DNA of 64,000 nt. It comes from Octopus sinensis. Taxonomy: Eukaryota. Positions 1 to 13,084 of this stretch are shown here, piece after piece. The notes beneath the pieces are model-generated. The model was given only the letters and a program-made list of their open reading frames with translations, made no database searches and had not been told where the DNA came from. Position numbers and translations under genes: made by a program. Numbering within the stretch: the stretch's first letter is position 1; each line of letters begins with the position of its first letter. The DNA lies in assembly GCF_006345805.1 (NCBI RefSeq), contig NC_042998.1, forward strand, positions 75,764,001 to 75,828,000, written 5' to 3'.

Positions 1-557
1 GTGCTTCATTTGAAGAATAAATTAGTTTAATATTGTTATTCAGAGTACAAAAAAAGAAGACAAATTTGAGTATTGTACAATAGTTGTTTAAAAGTTTCTG
101 CTTTTAAATGCATTTATATGAAATGCACTCTGTTTTGAAATACAGAGACATTTCTATATGATTTCAAGCATTGAAGACGAAAATTAAAATGTTTGTAGAA
201 TGCCTTCTTCATTTCGATTCAGTCATAAAATTATGCACAATTATTCCAATAAAATATAGTTACTTTATGTTCATTATTCAACCAAGTCGCTCAACTGTGA
301 ATAGAGAAAGAGGTGACGTCTGCAAGTTCTCTCTTTATTCCACTGCAATGATTGTTAATTGAGGGCTCCTGACATGAATAAATAACAATTAATTTAGTCA
401 CGTATGAAAGAATATTTCTGCGAAATAATATGGGATTTCTTTCTTTTTACCTAATTGAAATAAATTAAATTCATTTAATAGACTTCATATTTAGCGTCAT
501 AACAAAAGTTATATTCACAAGAGCTGCAACCATAATTATAACCAAGTGAATTCTGTT

Positions 558-902
558 TCAATTCTTTAAACTAATCACTTTTATATATGAGGTTAATAGA
601 ACGATAACAATGTGTATATGCGTGCACATGTGTGAAATGATTCCTCGTGATTGTGAATTTAGCTCTCCTAGAATCAATTCCACTGTTATACTGCTTTTTC
701 CCAACATACCCAACACTCTCAGTTCCTCTTCTGCACCGCTGATGTCGACGACACATTCAGACTCATACTTAAAATTTATCACTACAAATTTCATATAATT
801 ACGGAGATGTACTTGCATAGCGAGTGACTTGATCTGAGATCGTGTTGCTGGAACGAAAACAATTGCAGCATGGAAGGTGTTTATAAGCCATTTAAGAAAC
901 AC
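558..902 (-). mobile_element. 114-aa open frame, probably a decayed RTE-clade LINE apurinic endonuclease (APE) N-terminus; an exon of an antisense gene is an alternative
   Basis: The translation TRSQIKSLAMQVHLRN..KFVVINFKY..ISGAEEELRVLGMLGKSS..SRGIISHMCTHIHIVIV loosely follows the RTE APE layout (DRYxIDILALQEVRW..YSGGEEHxRGVGxxLSK..SDRII). It also contains an acceptor (ttttcgttccag, exon start 847) and a donor (ttgg|gtatgt, exon end 710). Confidence 0.4.
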
Positions 903-2049
903 ACAAAACCGTTAGATTCACTTTTCAAAATAGCTCTTCATTCTTATTTACGAAAGATTTATGTAGATTGGTCTCAGCAACAATTGTTTTACTCTTCATT
1001 TCATTAACTAAGTCAATAATACAATTAATATGAATTAATGTATTTGCTTTAATCAAATTCTGCAACAGTCACACTGCAACAAACGATAGATATTTTTATA
1101 AAACAGAGAAGAAAGGAGGATAAGCATGATTATTGTAGCTTTCAATCTCGCTTGAATATCTGCTGTTTTTCGATGTCATTAGATGAAGCCAAAAAGTAGT
1201 TGAGGCGAGGATTCTAGAAGTCTGGAGATTTTTTTGGTTGTTGGGAGGTCTAATTTAATGCCTACGATGACAGTCATACTAAAGTTAATGCGAGCAGAAA
1301 ATGTAAAGAGGACGAAAATTTCTTGTGGAGGAGGGATATGCAGCTGACTAGTTCAAAAGAGCAAGGCTTATTTTAGTAATAACAGAAGGTACGAAGCGAA
1401 GAAACAGCGTGTGTTATTAACAATTAGAATTACAATTCTGTGTCAGTAATATGTGTAAAATGGAGCGTTTGTGCTGTTAAAAAAAATATATAGTTACCCT
1501 GGAACGATTTTTCTTCACGTCTTCCTTTATACAGTTACTAAGGTATCTAGTTGGTATATTGATAAAGATTTTTTGCTAGAGTTTTGAAAGCATAAAGTGA
1601 AGTTTCATCAGTGTTTGTGAAATTAGAAGTGACAGAAAGCTAATCATCAATGTACACCAATGTACCCTCGTCAGGTACTCAAGGATTGAGACAATAACAA
1701 GTGTTTTGCTACTGAACTGAAGAGTTATGCGTTTGTTTTTAATTCCCAATAACAATTCCACTCCACTTATTCCACCAAAAATGATGATGCTTTATGAACA
1801 TTACGACCATCACTTCCCTTCTCCACTATTTTTTTAAATAACATTCTGATTACATTCTGCTAAGTTATGATAGTAAATAAAATAAAATAAAATCACTAAA
1901 CTAAACAATTTAATATGAAGAAAGTTCTTTACAAATATTTTTCATTTCATAATTTTTTTTAAATACTTATGAAATTTATGTATTTATAAATTTGGTGTAT
2001 TCATTATTCTGTATTACACAATTCTCATTCCTTAAAATGAGTTTAATAC

Positions 2050-3420
2050 TTCAACACTTCAATGATGATGGACACTCGCGAGTAAAGACTTGCCTTCTCA
2101 GACACCTTGAATATCTTCTAGAGGATTTTCCAGGAGGTCTTTCATAAAGCCAATTTACAGATAATCTTATCTCGTTCGCCATCCCTCCAGAAAGTTGGTG
2201 AAAATATTGTTGATGCATTTGAAATCAGCAAACTGATGCCTTTGAAATCAACAAACTGCCTCTGGGCTATAACGGTATTTCGCCTATTGGATCAAAAGCT
2301 TCCGAGCAGATGCTATCATCGTAGTCATTACTATTGAAGCTTTCTTTTACCCACACTGTATTAAATCCGGTGTCTCAAAGTTCGGTTTTGTCCCCTATAG
2401 TCTTCCTCCAACATATCAATGTCACTTCCAGTCTGGCTACTTCTACACGGTTTATCCCATTATTCACTTCTCTCTAACTACACACAACCTAGAGGAAATT
2501 TGCACCATCTCCATGAATAGGCCTCGAAAGCCATATTTATCATCTTGATCCAGAGACCTGGATCTTATTGGCTCTCTTAGAAAAACAACTAGCTGGAACA
2601 TATACCAACCTGCTCAGAAAGATATAGAACACCAGTTGGAGATCACATCCAACCCTTAGTAGCGTCTACGGAAATCTGATAACAATATCCCTTAAGCTAG
2701 AGCAGAAACGGCTACAATTTGGTGGCCACCGTCATCGAGCAGAGAAAGAGGTTATCTCATCCCTGCTCCTATAGCAAGTATTTTCTCCAGGAAACTGACA
2801 TTTCCAGATTCTATATTTCGTGACTCTGGGATGGATATTAGAGGTCTAAACACAACAATGCAGGTCCACGTAGTGTATATAGTGTGGAAAGGGATTGTCA
2901 GTGGAGTTTCGATCAACCATAGGTTGATTGAAGTATGATGATGAATCATCTTGGCTCCTTCGATAGCACAAAAGCACTGCGCATATCAGGGATAGACACT
3001 TCCCCCACATCCCTCTTACCACGATCAACACTCAACTAAATGGCTAAATTCCTCAAACGTTCTACAAATAATAGGTCTCATAATTATTATCCCTACTGAT
3101 GTTTCCACAAGCACGATGCAGTAAAGATTTCTTCTCAAAGACTGGTCTTCTTTTGGGGAACTAGAGAATTCTTTCTCCCAACGATTGCAACTCTTTACAA
3201 CCTGGAGTACTCCGAGTGAGACCCAGGATGAAAAACTGCACACACATTTGAATTGTTGCTACTACTAAACATATGGATATTCTTGATTGCATCCATAACA
3301 AACCACCCCAGTTATTGTCATGGATTCGCTCAACAACACATAACAAACCTCTTGTTCAGAAATGCGATATTTCCTCGCTCTACCTTTTCCAAAGATATTG
3401 CGTATTACACAGATCTTCTG
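2050..3420 (+). mobile_element. Decayed Jockey/CR1-like LINE reverse transcriptase, interrupted by a nested RTE fragment
   Basis: Degenerate RT motifs: WIKSF (~2288), IKSGVSQSSVLSPIVFLQHIN (=SGVPQGSVLSP, ~2361-2425), RPRMKNCTHI..KHMDILDCIHNK (=RPxMEYCSHIW..LDRIQKK) and KCDISSLYLFQRY. Many stops and frameshifts. Confidence 0.85.
2548..2944 (+). mobile_element. 5'-truncated RTE-clade LINE 3' end inserted into the Jockey-like LINE
   Basis: Translation ETWILLALLEKQLAGTYTNLLRKI*NTSWRSHP..YGNL..KLEQKRLQFGGH matches the RTE C-terminal region. It ends in a (TGA)n tail and is flanked by an identical 9-bp direct repeat, atcatcttg (2539-2547 and 2945-2953). Confidence 0.85.
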
Positions 3421-3719
3421 GACTGACTAGCAAGGTTCGATCTATATCTAGATACCGCCGAATCACATGCTTCTCCTTCTTTCATCATCTATATTGTTTC
3501 TCTTTGATTCCTCTTGGTTCAACATTAAATGCTATGTCCAGTTTCCTTCCTTTTAATTTCAATGAAATTTTCCATCTGCTTTTTTTCTTGGAATCGTTGG
3601 ATTCTAGTTTTTCAAGAGTAACATCAACCACACCCATCTTACCAGTTTTAGAGCGACTGATACAGTCAACTTCTTCCGCACCAAACAATTAAAAGTATGA
3701 AGTGCATATTTTGAGACAC

Positions 3720-4260
3720 ATCAGGTTTCATAGGATGTAGACCAGACGGATTTCCGTTGGTGCATGCTAAAATGTTATGAATGACAGGAAGTTTCTAATA
3801 CGAAAATTAAAGTTGGATGTAGATCGTAGATGATCAACTGGATTTGTGTTTAACAAGGACTTTTGTTAAATACAGTCTGAGTATCATTATGTCACGACGA
3901 CATTTATTTCACCGAAGGGACCACAGGTTACGGACCACTAGTTAGTGACAAATTTCCTGTAAATATGGTTCTATTGACATCTTATTAGTGGTCACTAGGG
4001 AGACACACGCGCAACGCGCGGGAGATAGGGAAGGGGGAGATTATTTACCACTATTTTCTTCAACAGCTTTGATGTGTTGGAAGGGAGATCTATAATTTCT
4101 TGTTGGAATAGAATACTAACGTTTCCACAGATTGTGACAGATTTCTGTAGAGGAAAGAGAGAAAGAGCAACAAGTGTTTTGCGAGGAGATCTGCATATAT
4201 TTTCTGAGGAATATGGCAAAGACTCTGTGAGGACTTCATTGGGTTGGTATGAAAGAATTA
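3720..4260 (-). mobile_element. Decayed LINE RT fragment
   Basis: The minus frame contains DLPSNTSKLLKKIVVNNL, resembling the RPISLLSxxSKLLEKIVxxRL RT motif. GC is elevated relative to the flanks. Confidence 0.5.
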
Positions 4261-5238
4261 TGTTACTGTATACTCCCTTTTGTTAAATACAATGCTATAC
4301 CAGACACTAACAGGAGTTCATCCTGACAAGCATTCAGTTAATCAACCAATAAGCACTTTTTCTATATAATCAAATGAATATCCAATAACCTTATTATGAT
4401 AAAGTACATAATGTAATGATCAGAAAAATATATTTATGCATTTGTAATTGTGTAATGTGAAACAAACTTGTTAACATCAATGACATTTTTTTCTTATAGA
4501 GTAGAGGAAAAAATTCCAAATTTTAATTGCGCAAAACTTAAGCGGTGTAGATGATGGCACACTGATACTTGGTTATTAATATGACAATTCTTGACATTTT
4601 TTAATTTTATTAAACCTCCTCAGTGAAGAATAATTAACACATGAGAAGATTACAGAACGACTTTGGTGTGAAACAATTATGATTTGGAAATATAGATAAT
4701 TGCATTGGAAATTTCTCAAGGGAACCTCTTGTATAAAACATAATTAACAGCGAGCTAACAAATCTAATACCGTAAAGAATATTTAAAACATCTGAAATTG
4801 CACCCGCAATAAGACAAATCATCAACGTTCATGAAAATTCACGTGACAGAAACTAAAATCGAAAAGACTCTGTAGTGTTTCTTGGCAATGCTTGATTCAA
4901 TACTTTAATGTTTAAGACAATAGATCGCACTTAATTTTCTCAGTTGTCTTAAATTATTTATTAGACCAATCTTCCTTATAACTGAAAAGCTGAGCTGTGA
5001 TGCTCTTAATTTAAAAGCTAATTTCTCTCAGATTCAATTTATCTAATTTAGGTTATTAGATTGCATTGTTTCTTTTCCTTGTGACTGAGTATCTCAAAAA
5101 TTATGGCTTTAAGAGTTTTCTCACTGAACAGTCAAACGGGCAAATAGATAGGTCGATAGCGAGAATTCTAGTTAAACGTTGCCCCAATCACGTTAAATTA
5201 ATATGCTGAATACATTAAATGTCTACGCTTCTTTAATA

Positions 5239-5460
5239 TTGGTTTCAAATTTCGGCAGAAGGCCGGCAGTTTCGGGAAAAGGAGTAAGTTGATTATTGAC
5301 CTCGGTGCTCAACTGGTACTTATTTTATCGGCACCGAAACGATAAAAGGCACAGTCGACCGAGACGGTATTTGAACTCAGAACAAGCAAACGTACGAGAT
5401 ACCGCTAAGCATTGTGCAGGGTGTGCAGGGTGTGCTAACGATTCTGCCACTTTGCTGCCT
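5239..5460 (-). mobile_element. tRNA-derived SINE, family A (core tttatcgaccccgaaaggatgaaaggcaaagtcgacctcggcggaatttgaactcaga)
   Basis: Shares its core with copies at ~10000, 12284, 15835 and 34655. The reverse complement starts with a tRNA-like head (A box TGGCAGAATCG, B box GAGTTCAAAT). Confidence 0.85.
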
Positions 5461-6937
5461 TTTAAGTTTCTTTTATATTATAAAAATGGAAATATTTGAT
5501 GTCTATAATTCACATTTTAACTTCTAGCAATGAAATATATTTTCCTTAATTCTCAGATTTTTTTTTTGTATACCCCATAAAGCTATTTCTGTAATATAAC
5601 ACAGAGATCAATTATCAGTGTAAATCAAACTACAATATTTCATTTTCTCGCCAACAGTTTTATCTCTTCAAACTAATTTCTCATTCGCCAGTTAACTTTG
5701 TGTGAATGCTTCTGTCTATATTGTTTCTATGCTGGGGTGAAGTTGAAACAAGTCTTATTTATTTCAACTTTGACCTATGTACTTACTTTTCTTCGATAAA
5801 CCACTGCTGTATTTGCATGATTGGGAACATGTGTGTTTCTCATTGAACAGTAATTTAAAAATATGCCTCAAGCAAGTCGGATGTTTACCTGAGTTGTATT
5901 TAATTAAGACGCTTACTTGAATTGACTATGAACATTTTATATATTTTTCACAGCATATGTATTTTATATATTCGTACACAATTCCTCGAGCAATTCTTGA
6001 TTATTCTATAAACAGCACAATATTAGCAAGTCTGTAATATACATTTAATTATATTCTTATATTTACAGATTTAAGTAAACGAATTTTCCTAACGGAAATA
6101 CTTTTTGGTCCAGATATATAATTTAGACATTAGTGATTTTCAATTAATCAAACTTTATGTCTTCAAATTAAACGAAATTATCAGATCTTTCATTAGTTAA
6201 ACAAGATTGTCTAATAAATTAATTATGATTATTTCTGATAACAAAAATAGGCCTATTACATTTTATGTAAGTATTCTTAACGAATCATTCCTGTAAAAAG
6301 TGTGAAAATGCTTCGTAATGTTGTGTAAATTTGAATAAATTTGTTTAATTTTAAGAATTATTTTTAATCATTGCAACAGATCTATAAATTATTGTCAACA
6401 AAGATGAAAATGACACAAGTTCAAATTACCTACTGATTTCAAACAGATGTAACGGATTGATGAACATGTTCTCCTTTCCATTTCATATTTAGTTTTCTTT
6501 CAGCCACTATAAATATTCACCGTTATAAAAGTAATACCTTAAACGTTACAGGTAATATTCTGACTCATCTGTTAACTCGTTTTAATGTTTCGTTAAATGT
6601 CATGCGTACACATTTTTATATAAGTCTGTTCTTACTAATTTGGGCGTAGGCATAGGTGAACGGTTAAGTAGTTCGCTTCGCGTCTATGGGATCCCATATT
6701 TCCTCTCTACTACCCTGTTTGGCACGTTTGACAAGTGCCTTCTACAATATTGTCAAGTCAACTAATATCCTTTAATTGGAATTCAAAGCCCATTGCTTAT
6801 GAATACATAAATACATGTTTGTGTCCATGCGTGTGTGTGCGCGCGCGCGTGTGTGTGTGTGTGTGTAGAAAGAGATAATATAAATATAAATAAATATATA
6901 TATGGATACCTACATGCATACACACATACAATATATA

Positions 6938-7098
6938 CCGTATTTTAACGTGTATAAGGAACCCATTTTTGTCAAATATTAAGTTGAACACACCAGGGAG
7001 TTTCTTATACACGGATAAAATTATAATCCCTTACAAAACCTTATGTCCAAATATTAAACCCCAAAAATTAGCGGGTTCCTTATACACGTTAAAATAGG
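6938..7098. mobile_element. 161-bp MITE of the Tc1/mariner-pogo type
   Basis: TIRs ccgtattttaacgtgtataaggaaccc and gggttccttatacacgttaaaatagg (one indel), with TA on both sides (6936-6937, 7099-7100). Confidence 0.85.
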
Positions 7099-7109
7099 TA
7101 AGTGCTTTT

Positions 7110-7460
7110 TTTCTTATACTTGTTTCTGTCATTGGACTGCAACCTTGCTGGAGCACCGCCATTAAGGGTTTATTCGTACAAATCGACTCCAGTACTTATG
7201 TCTGGTTCTTAATCTATCGTCCATTTTTGCCGAATCGTTAAATCATTGGGATGTAAACAGGCTGGCAGAACTGTTACAGTCATTGACATAATATCTTCAC
7301 GTATCTCTTCAGAATTTTGAGTTTAAACTCCGCCGATCTCAGTTTTACCTTTCATCAATCAGGTGTCGATAAAAAAGAGTACCAGTCAAGTACTAAGATC
7401 GAGGTAATTAGTTAATTCTCAGCTCTCAGATTTCCAGGCCTTGTGCCTAAATTAGATACC
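7110..7460. mobile_element. Adjacent SINE fragments: family B 3' part (-) and family A (+)
   Basis: cttgtttctgtcattggactgcaaccttgctggagcaccgcc matches the copies at 30680 and 54910. gctggcagaactgtta..tttgagtttaaactccgcc..tttcatc is family A in sense orientation. Confidence 0.75.
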
Positions 7461-9479
7461 ATTATTATTACATGTAGGAAGAACGGTAGATTAACTGTAT
7501 CGTTAGAGCGTCTTAAAATGCTATGGGTAATTTGTTCTAGATTTTTGTGTTCTGAGAGCAAATCCTGTCGAGATCAATATTGCCTTTCATCCTTTCGGAT
7601 AGATAAAATGAAATACCAACGAAGTACTGTTGTCAATATAAGATCTTGTTGCCTAAATCAGAAACATTTATCATGTGTTGAAGTGTCTGATATACAGTAA
7701 ACAAACTCATATATTAAGTTTAACTTTAAAACCGCATCCATGGGGTTTTTATGTTGTAGGCTCAAATATCATTGATATAAATAATGTTTAATTGTTTTCT
7801 TGTAACCAATGATATCATCATAGATTAACTTTACATTTTACGTATATGGTAAAACATTATTCGAAAAGCTGTTTATTTTAGGTAGCACTCCTATCAGTTG
7901 CTAGTCTTAATGAAATCATGAAAATTCATCAGAAATCTGTTTTTAAGTTCCGCAATTGAAAGTATAGCCATTGCTCCATCAAGCATGCAAATTGATTTTC
8001 CCTGTAATTCCATTTAGATGTGCTTTGTTTTGTTTTTTCTACTTCATCTTTCTCGAAAAATTTCACTATTAATCAATCACTATCGGTAATTTTAGAGAGA
8101 TGCAATTTTGATATCTTTTGCCTTAATTCATTCAATACATAGATGGCCGACAACTTCTCTGGATAACAGATCAGACTTGTAGCGACAAATCTCTATTGTT
8201 CACAATAAATAAAATGCTATCTTTTACAAATCAATTTCCAATAACCAAATTAACTTATGGCAAAAACAGGTTGCCGGAACTCTTGCATTTCTTCACTCGT
8301 TCTTATTGGCAGGCATTTGATTGATAACAGAATATATCATTCTGCTCAGTTCCAGCTGGTCATGTTAAATAGAAAAATCAGTCAGTGTTAACGTTTCTAT
8401 AAAATGCCTATCGTAGTTATTCTCGTACTGTATATTTTTATCTATTTTTATTTCTGCTTTTGATTTTTTTTTTTTATAAGTCAATTGACAGCTTATACTT
8501 CTGTTTCTATTCATAAATAGTTTTTTTATAAGAAGATTGATTGCTTTTCAAGCGAGATAAGATTTTACAGCATATGTGCTTTTTACATTTTTTAATTAAT
8601 AATTGATCAAAATATTTCATACGAATTTGGAAATTTAATCTCAGTTTTTCTTTGACTTTTTTCTGATTGTCCAAAATTTTTTTTTTTTCATTACTTTCTA
8701 AACGAAGAAAATATCAAGAAGGAAAAAAATTAATCCTTTGCTGCGTATAATATGCCATATATCTGGTAGTAAAGTAAAAGTGTATTCCAATAGCCAGGGG
8801 TACACGTCGTTTTTTTATTTAAGAAGTATTGAAATTATTTCAGCAAAAACTTAATTGATGAAGTAATATAATTACAACTTTTCTTAAATTTACTTCCAAA
8901 CACAATACCTCCAGTCATATTCTTTACAGCGAACTTAGCATCGTCAAAAGACGAAACGGATGCCTTCAGCAACATCAGCGTAGACAGGCATTGACCTGAA
9001 AAACTAGTAAGAAGAATCAGTCAATTGCAAACACGGGAATCAAACTATCTCGACTGCTGTAGAACTGTGTGAAAAGAACATTGCAGTTGAGAAGAGGACA
9101 AATCAGAGTTAAATCGTTTCGCTGATGTAATAACCCGTAATCAGCGGTAAAGATATGAAATATTTCTCCCAAGCATAAATTATATAAATTAATTTTCGAG
9201 CTCCCGCTGGTGAAACTCTATAAATTATTGCTCATCTAATATCAGGTTTAGTGTTTTTATCCTTTAAAATCAAATGAACACACTCAAAACTGTACAATTT
9301 ATTTTTTTCTGATATTTGAACGAAGAACATGACCTTATGTAATAATTGAAAATGTTATCAGCTATTGCTATACATCTATAAACTACGCTTTTGTGAGGCA
9401 TTATCCTTCAAGCGGCCATAATTTGCTTTTACAGTTACAATAATGGTTATTGGTATTAACCCTATGCTTGCTACTGGCA

Positions 9480-9770
9480 GTTGTATAAGGTACTCTGTCT
9501 ATATTATTACGTATTTTTAGTTTCGAATGAAGAGAGCTCAGTGACAGAGTGCATTGTCGTCGTGAAGAATTCAAATGTTAGGATTGCATGTGCAGACCCA
9601 TACGACAGACCAACAGCATCAGCAATGTCATTCATTGTCCTCCGACGATCCTCATGTACAAACTGATGAATATTCTCCAAATTTCCTGGAAAGATGCTCG
9701 TGGCAGGTCTTCCAGGTCGCTCATCGTCTTTCAGGGACGCTCTTCTGCTTTTAATATCGTCAATATTAAT
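9480..9770 (-). mobile_element. Internally deleted mariner transposase relic
   Basis: Nucleotide similarity to 50950-51170 is clear by eye (gtgaagaattcaaatgttaggatt..gacccatacgacag..ctcgtggcaggtcttccag.tcgctc.tcgtctt). It encodes an EDDERSGRP-like HTH segment. Confidence 0.8.
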
Positions 9771-9979
9771 AAGAATGTGGTATTATTGCAATATCTTTTC
9801 GCGATTCCACATAATAGCTGTCAACCACATTTGATCAACAGCTTCTAGTGGGATATGTCTAATGAAGGCAGTCCCTATATTTGTAGTGCATGTTCGTGTG
9901 TGCATGTGTACATATATGTACGTTTGTACATTTGTATATTTCTATATATGCATATATAATGTGTTTGTCAATGATAATG

Positions 9980-10572
9980 CTTTCAATTTTTGGCACAAGG
10001 CCAGTAATTTTAAGGGATATAAGTCGATTGCATCGACCCCTGTGTTCAACCGGTACTTATTTTATCGATCCCGAAAGGATCAAAGGCAAGGTCGACTTCG
10101 ACGGAATTTGAACTCAGAGCGTAAATACAGGCGAAATACCGCTACGCATTTTGCCCGGTGTGCTAACAACTCTGCCACGTCTGTAATAATGGTTTCAAAC
10201 TTTGGCATAAGTTTCGGTGGAGGGGATAAGCCGATCACATCGAATCCAGTGTTCAAGTGGTATTTCTTTTATCAACCCCAGAAGGATGAAAGGCAAAGTG
10301 ACCTCGGCGAAATTTGAACTCAGAACATAAAGACAGGCGAAATACCGCTAAGTATTTTGCCCGAGCTAACGATTCTGACATCTCGCTGCCTTATGTTTGT
10401 CTGTAATAATAATTTCAAATTTTGACACAAGGCCAGCGGTTTCTGGTCGTGGGGGGAAGCTGATTACATTGACCCAGTGCTATAGCAGAAAACACATGCC
10501 CAAGGTGCCACGCAGTGGGACTGAACCCGGACTTCTGTGGTTGGGAAGCAGACTTCTTACCACACAGCCACT
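9980..10572 (-). mobile_element. Tandem SINE array: two family A units plus a chimeric A/B unit
   Basis: tttcaa(a)ttttggcacaaggcc-like unit starts recur at ~9980, ~10195 and ~10410. The third unit switches to the family B head (cccaaggtgccacgcagtgggactgaaccc). Confidence 0.8.
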
Positions 10573-11112
10573 CCGAAAGATTATTTTAGTCTGTGGTGAG
10601 GAGTTGCAAAAATCTCTTATTATTATTGTGCACTTTGGCGTTCAGATATGAGAGTGAAGTCTTTCAATTTAATTCTATAGAGTAATGTTCATTTTAAAAT
10701 ATATTTTACCTGATGCGCCTTATACACATTAAGTTTCCAGTCGCGAACAGCTTGTATAAACATGTATGTTTTCTAATATCACAGATTACATACAATAAAT
10801 ATTATATGCAATAATTTATGAATGTGTTTATTATTGAACTATTAAAAAAATACATTTATTTAGTAGAGATTTTTTAAAAGATATGAACGGTGTTTTTTGT
10901 TAATACATAACATAAGCATACTATATTACACCACATTCTCTACGTAAATAAAACTAAATGGATTAGATGAAAATTGTCATTGCTACAGTAGTTCTTTCTA
11001 TATTCGCTCACAGCAAGTTAAAACCCGAAGAAGCTCGTTTTTTAGTCAATCGCCACCAAAATTTTGGCAAATTATTCTCTTTATTATTTATGTTTTTACC
11101 TTTTTGTTGCAG

Positions 11113-11179
11113 TGATCATTGCTTTGCCCACATTACAGCATCATACAAAGTATAGTGATGTAATGTGGGCAAATCTCAG
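11113..11179 (+). other. Candidate 67-nt exon of the host gene (probably 5' UTR)
   Basis: Strong acceptor tttttaccttttgttgcag and donor tctcag|gtgaaa. Its only open frame stops soon after splicing to 16062, so it is probably non-coding. Confidence 0.45.
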
Positions 11180-11879
11180 GTGAAATATAACCATATAATC
11201 AAGTCAGTAATTTCAAAATGCATTTTACATGCAGCTTGCAAATTAGGACACTCCTTTAAGCAGACATGCGCTAGAGATTACAAAGATTTGATCACCATTC
11301 GACAGTATCGTTCCTTTCAGCTGAACATTAATGCTACCAAGGAATATCCGAGTTTTAGCTTTTTTTTTTTTTTGGCTTACAGTGTAGCACATTTTTTTTC
11401 CTTTTTTTATCCATACAGCTATCACAATCTAGTTGTAGCCGTAACTATTTCAACAACGCAGCAACTATTTTGTTATGGTTTGTGTCTAACACAGACATGA
11501 TCTTATTCTCACATAAACTTTTTTATATCCATGAATGTAGAATTTTCTATGTTCTGCTTCCCTCCACAGCCCATAAATCGCTACTTTGCTGCCCTACCTG
11601 TTTTCAATGCCAATTAGTTTAGAAATAGTGAATCTAGCCACAAATCAATACCTCATTTCTACTCGAATTGTCATACATTGCTATTCTCATATTTCGCATC
11701 TCCTTATGCTCTTCATATTTTTGACTATTGCTTTCATATCCCCACTTCATATTGTCTTCCTATGGCACCATTATTATGTCAAATCAAACCATGACATAAG
11801 GTTAGGGCATTGTGTAGAAACTGGAATATAGTTTGGAAATACGGACGCTTTCTTCAAGTTCATTTGGACTTTCTAATTA

Positions 11880-12283
11880 TTAGGTTGTCCGGAAAGTTCA
11901 GAGCGTTTTTAAGCTAAATCTTTTAACGCTTCATTAAACATCCCTGAAACGTAACACAGTTAAAACTTTGACGTTGCTTGAAGCTGTAACGCATCTCTTC
12001 TTTGCTTCTGACTGAAAATAGACTTATCTTTCATTCCGGTTACCCTTTATTGACCTTTGAAATGGATAACCAAAATTTCCAAATGCGCGTTGTAATGCTT
12101 TTCTTTTTTTTTTAAAGAAAAAGGAGAAAATGCTGCAAAGATTTGCAAAAACATTTATGGTGATGATGCTGTGAGTGAATTAACTGCTCGAAGGTGGTTT
12201 GCAAAATTTAAAGCTGGAGAGTTTAGCTTGGAGATAACAGTCGCAGAGGAGGGCCTTCAAACTTAGATGAAGATGTTTTGAAA
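11880..12283 (+). mobile_element. 5' fragment of a mariner transposon (TIR plus N-terminal HTH), truncated where a SINE begins
   Basis: TA followed by the TIR-like ttaggttgtccggaaagtt. The ATG at 12062 reads MDNQNFQMRVVMLFF/KKGENAAKICKNIYGDDAVSELTARRWFAKFKAGEFSL..PSNLDEDVLK (frameshifted), a typical mariner HTH. Confidence 0.85.
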
Positions 12284-12620
12284 GGATGAAAGGCAAAGAC
12301 GACCTCGGCGGAATTGAACTCAGAACGTAACGGCAGACGAAATACGGCTACGCATTTCGCCCGGCGTGCTAACGTTTCTGCCAGCTCGCCGCCTTAGAAC
12401 ATTAATTATATTGCATGTAAAGGTAGCGAGCTGGAAAGCACGCCGGGCAAAATGCTTAGTGACATTTCGTCTGACTTTAGGTTCTGTATTCAAATTCCCC
12501 TGTGGCCGACTTTGCTTTCATCCTTCGGAGTCGATAAATAACTACCAGTTAAGTACTAGGGTTGATGTAAAAGACTTACCTCCTCCTCCGAGATTGCTGG
12601 CTTTCTGCCAAAATTTATAA
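12284..12620. mobile_element. Two family A SINEs in head-to-head (inverted) orientation
   Basis: 12284-12395 (-) and ~12420-12620 (+) are reverse complements over about 110 bp and are separated by about 25 bp. Confidence 0.85.
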
Positions 12621-13084
12621 CCAATAATACAAGTATGTAATAGGCTCCTGAGATACAATGACGTGTATTAGACAACGTTACAAAATATTACTTGGGTGAA
12701 CTTATCTAAGAAATGCATTTGCCACTAATTAAATTTTCATGAATATTGGCCACATGATCATGAAATTTTAAAAGCTCGAAAGCGATTATAATTGAAGAAC
12801 TTTGTAAAATAGTTAGATTCAGTAGAAAACTTCAGTGAATTTTACGTTTTCATGACAAAAAGAACTTCACTTGGATGTCTGCTACAGTATAAAGAAATTT
12901 CACCTCTAATTTATAACAAATATTAACTTCAGACATGATAGAAGTCAAGATCTTGCTGAATGAATTGATTTAAATGGCTTATTGTAGTGACGTTTCCAAG
13001 AACATTTTTTCAATGTAAGTAAAGGAAATCTACATCCACTATGAATAGATGAAGAGTTGATAACGCTTCGGTATAAAAGCTGCT

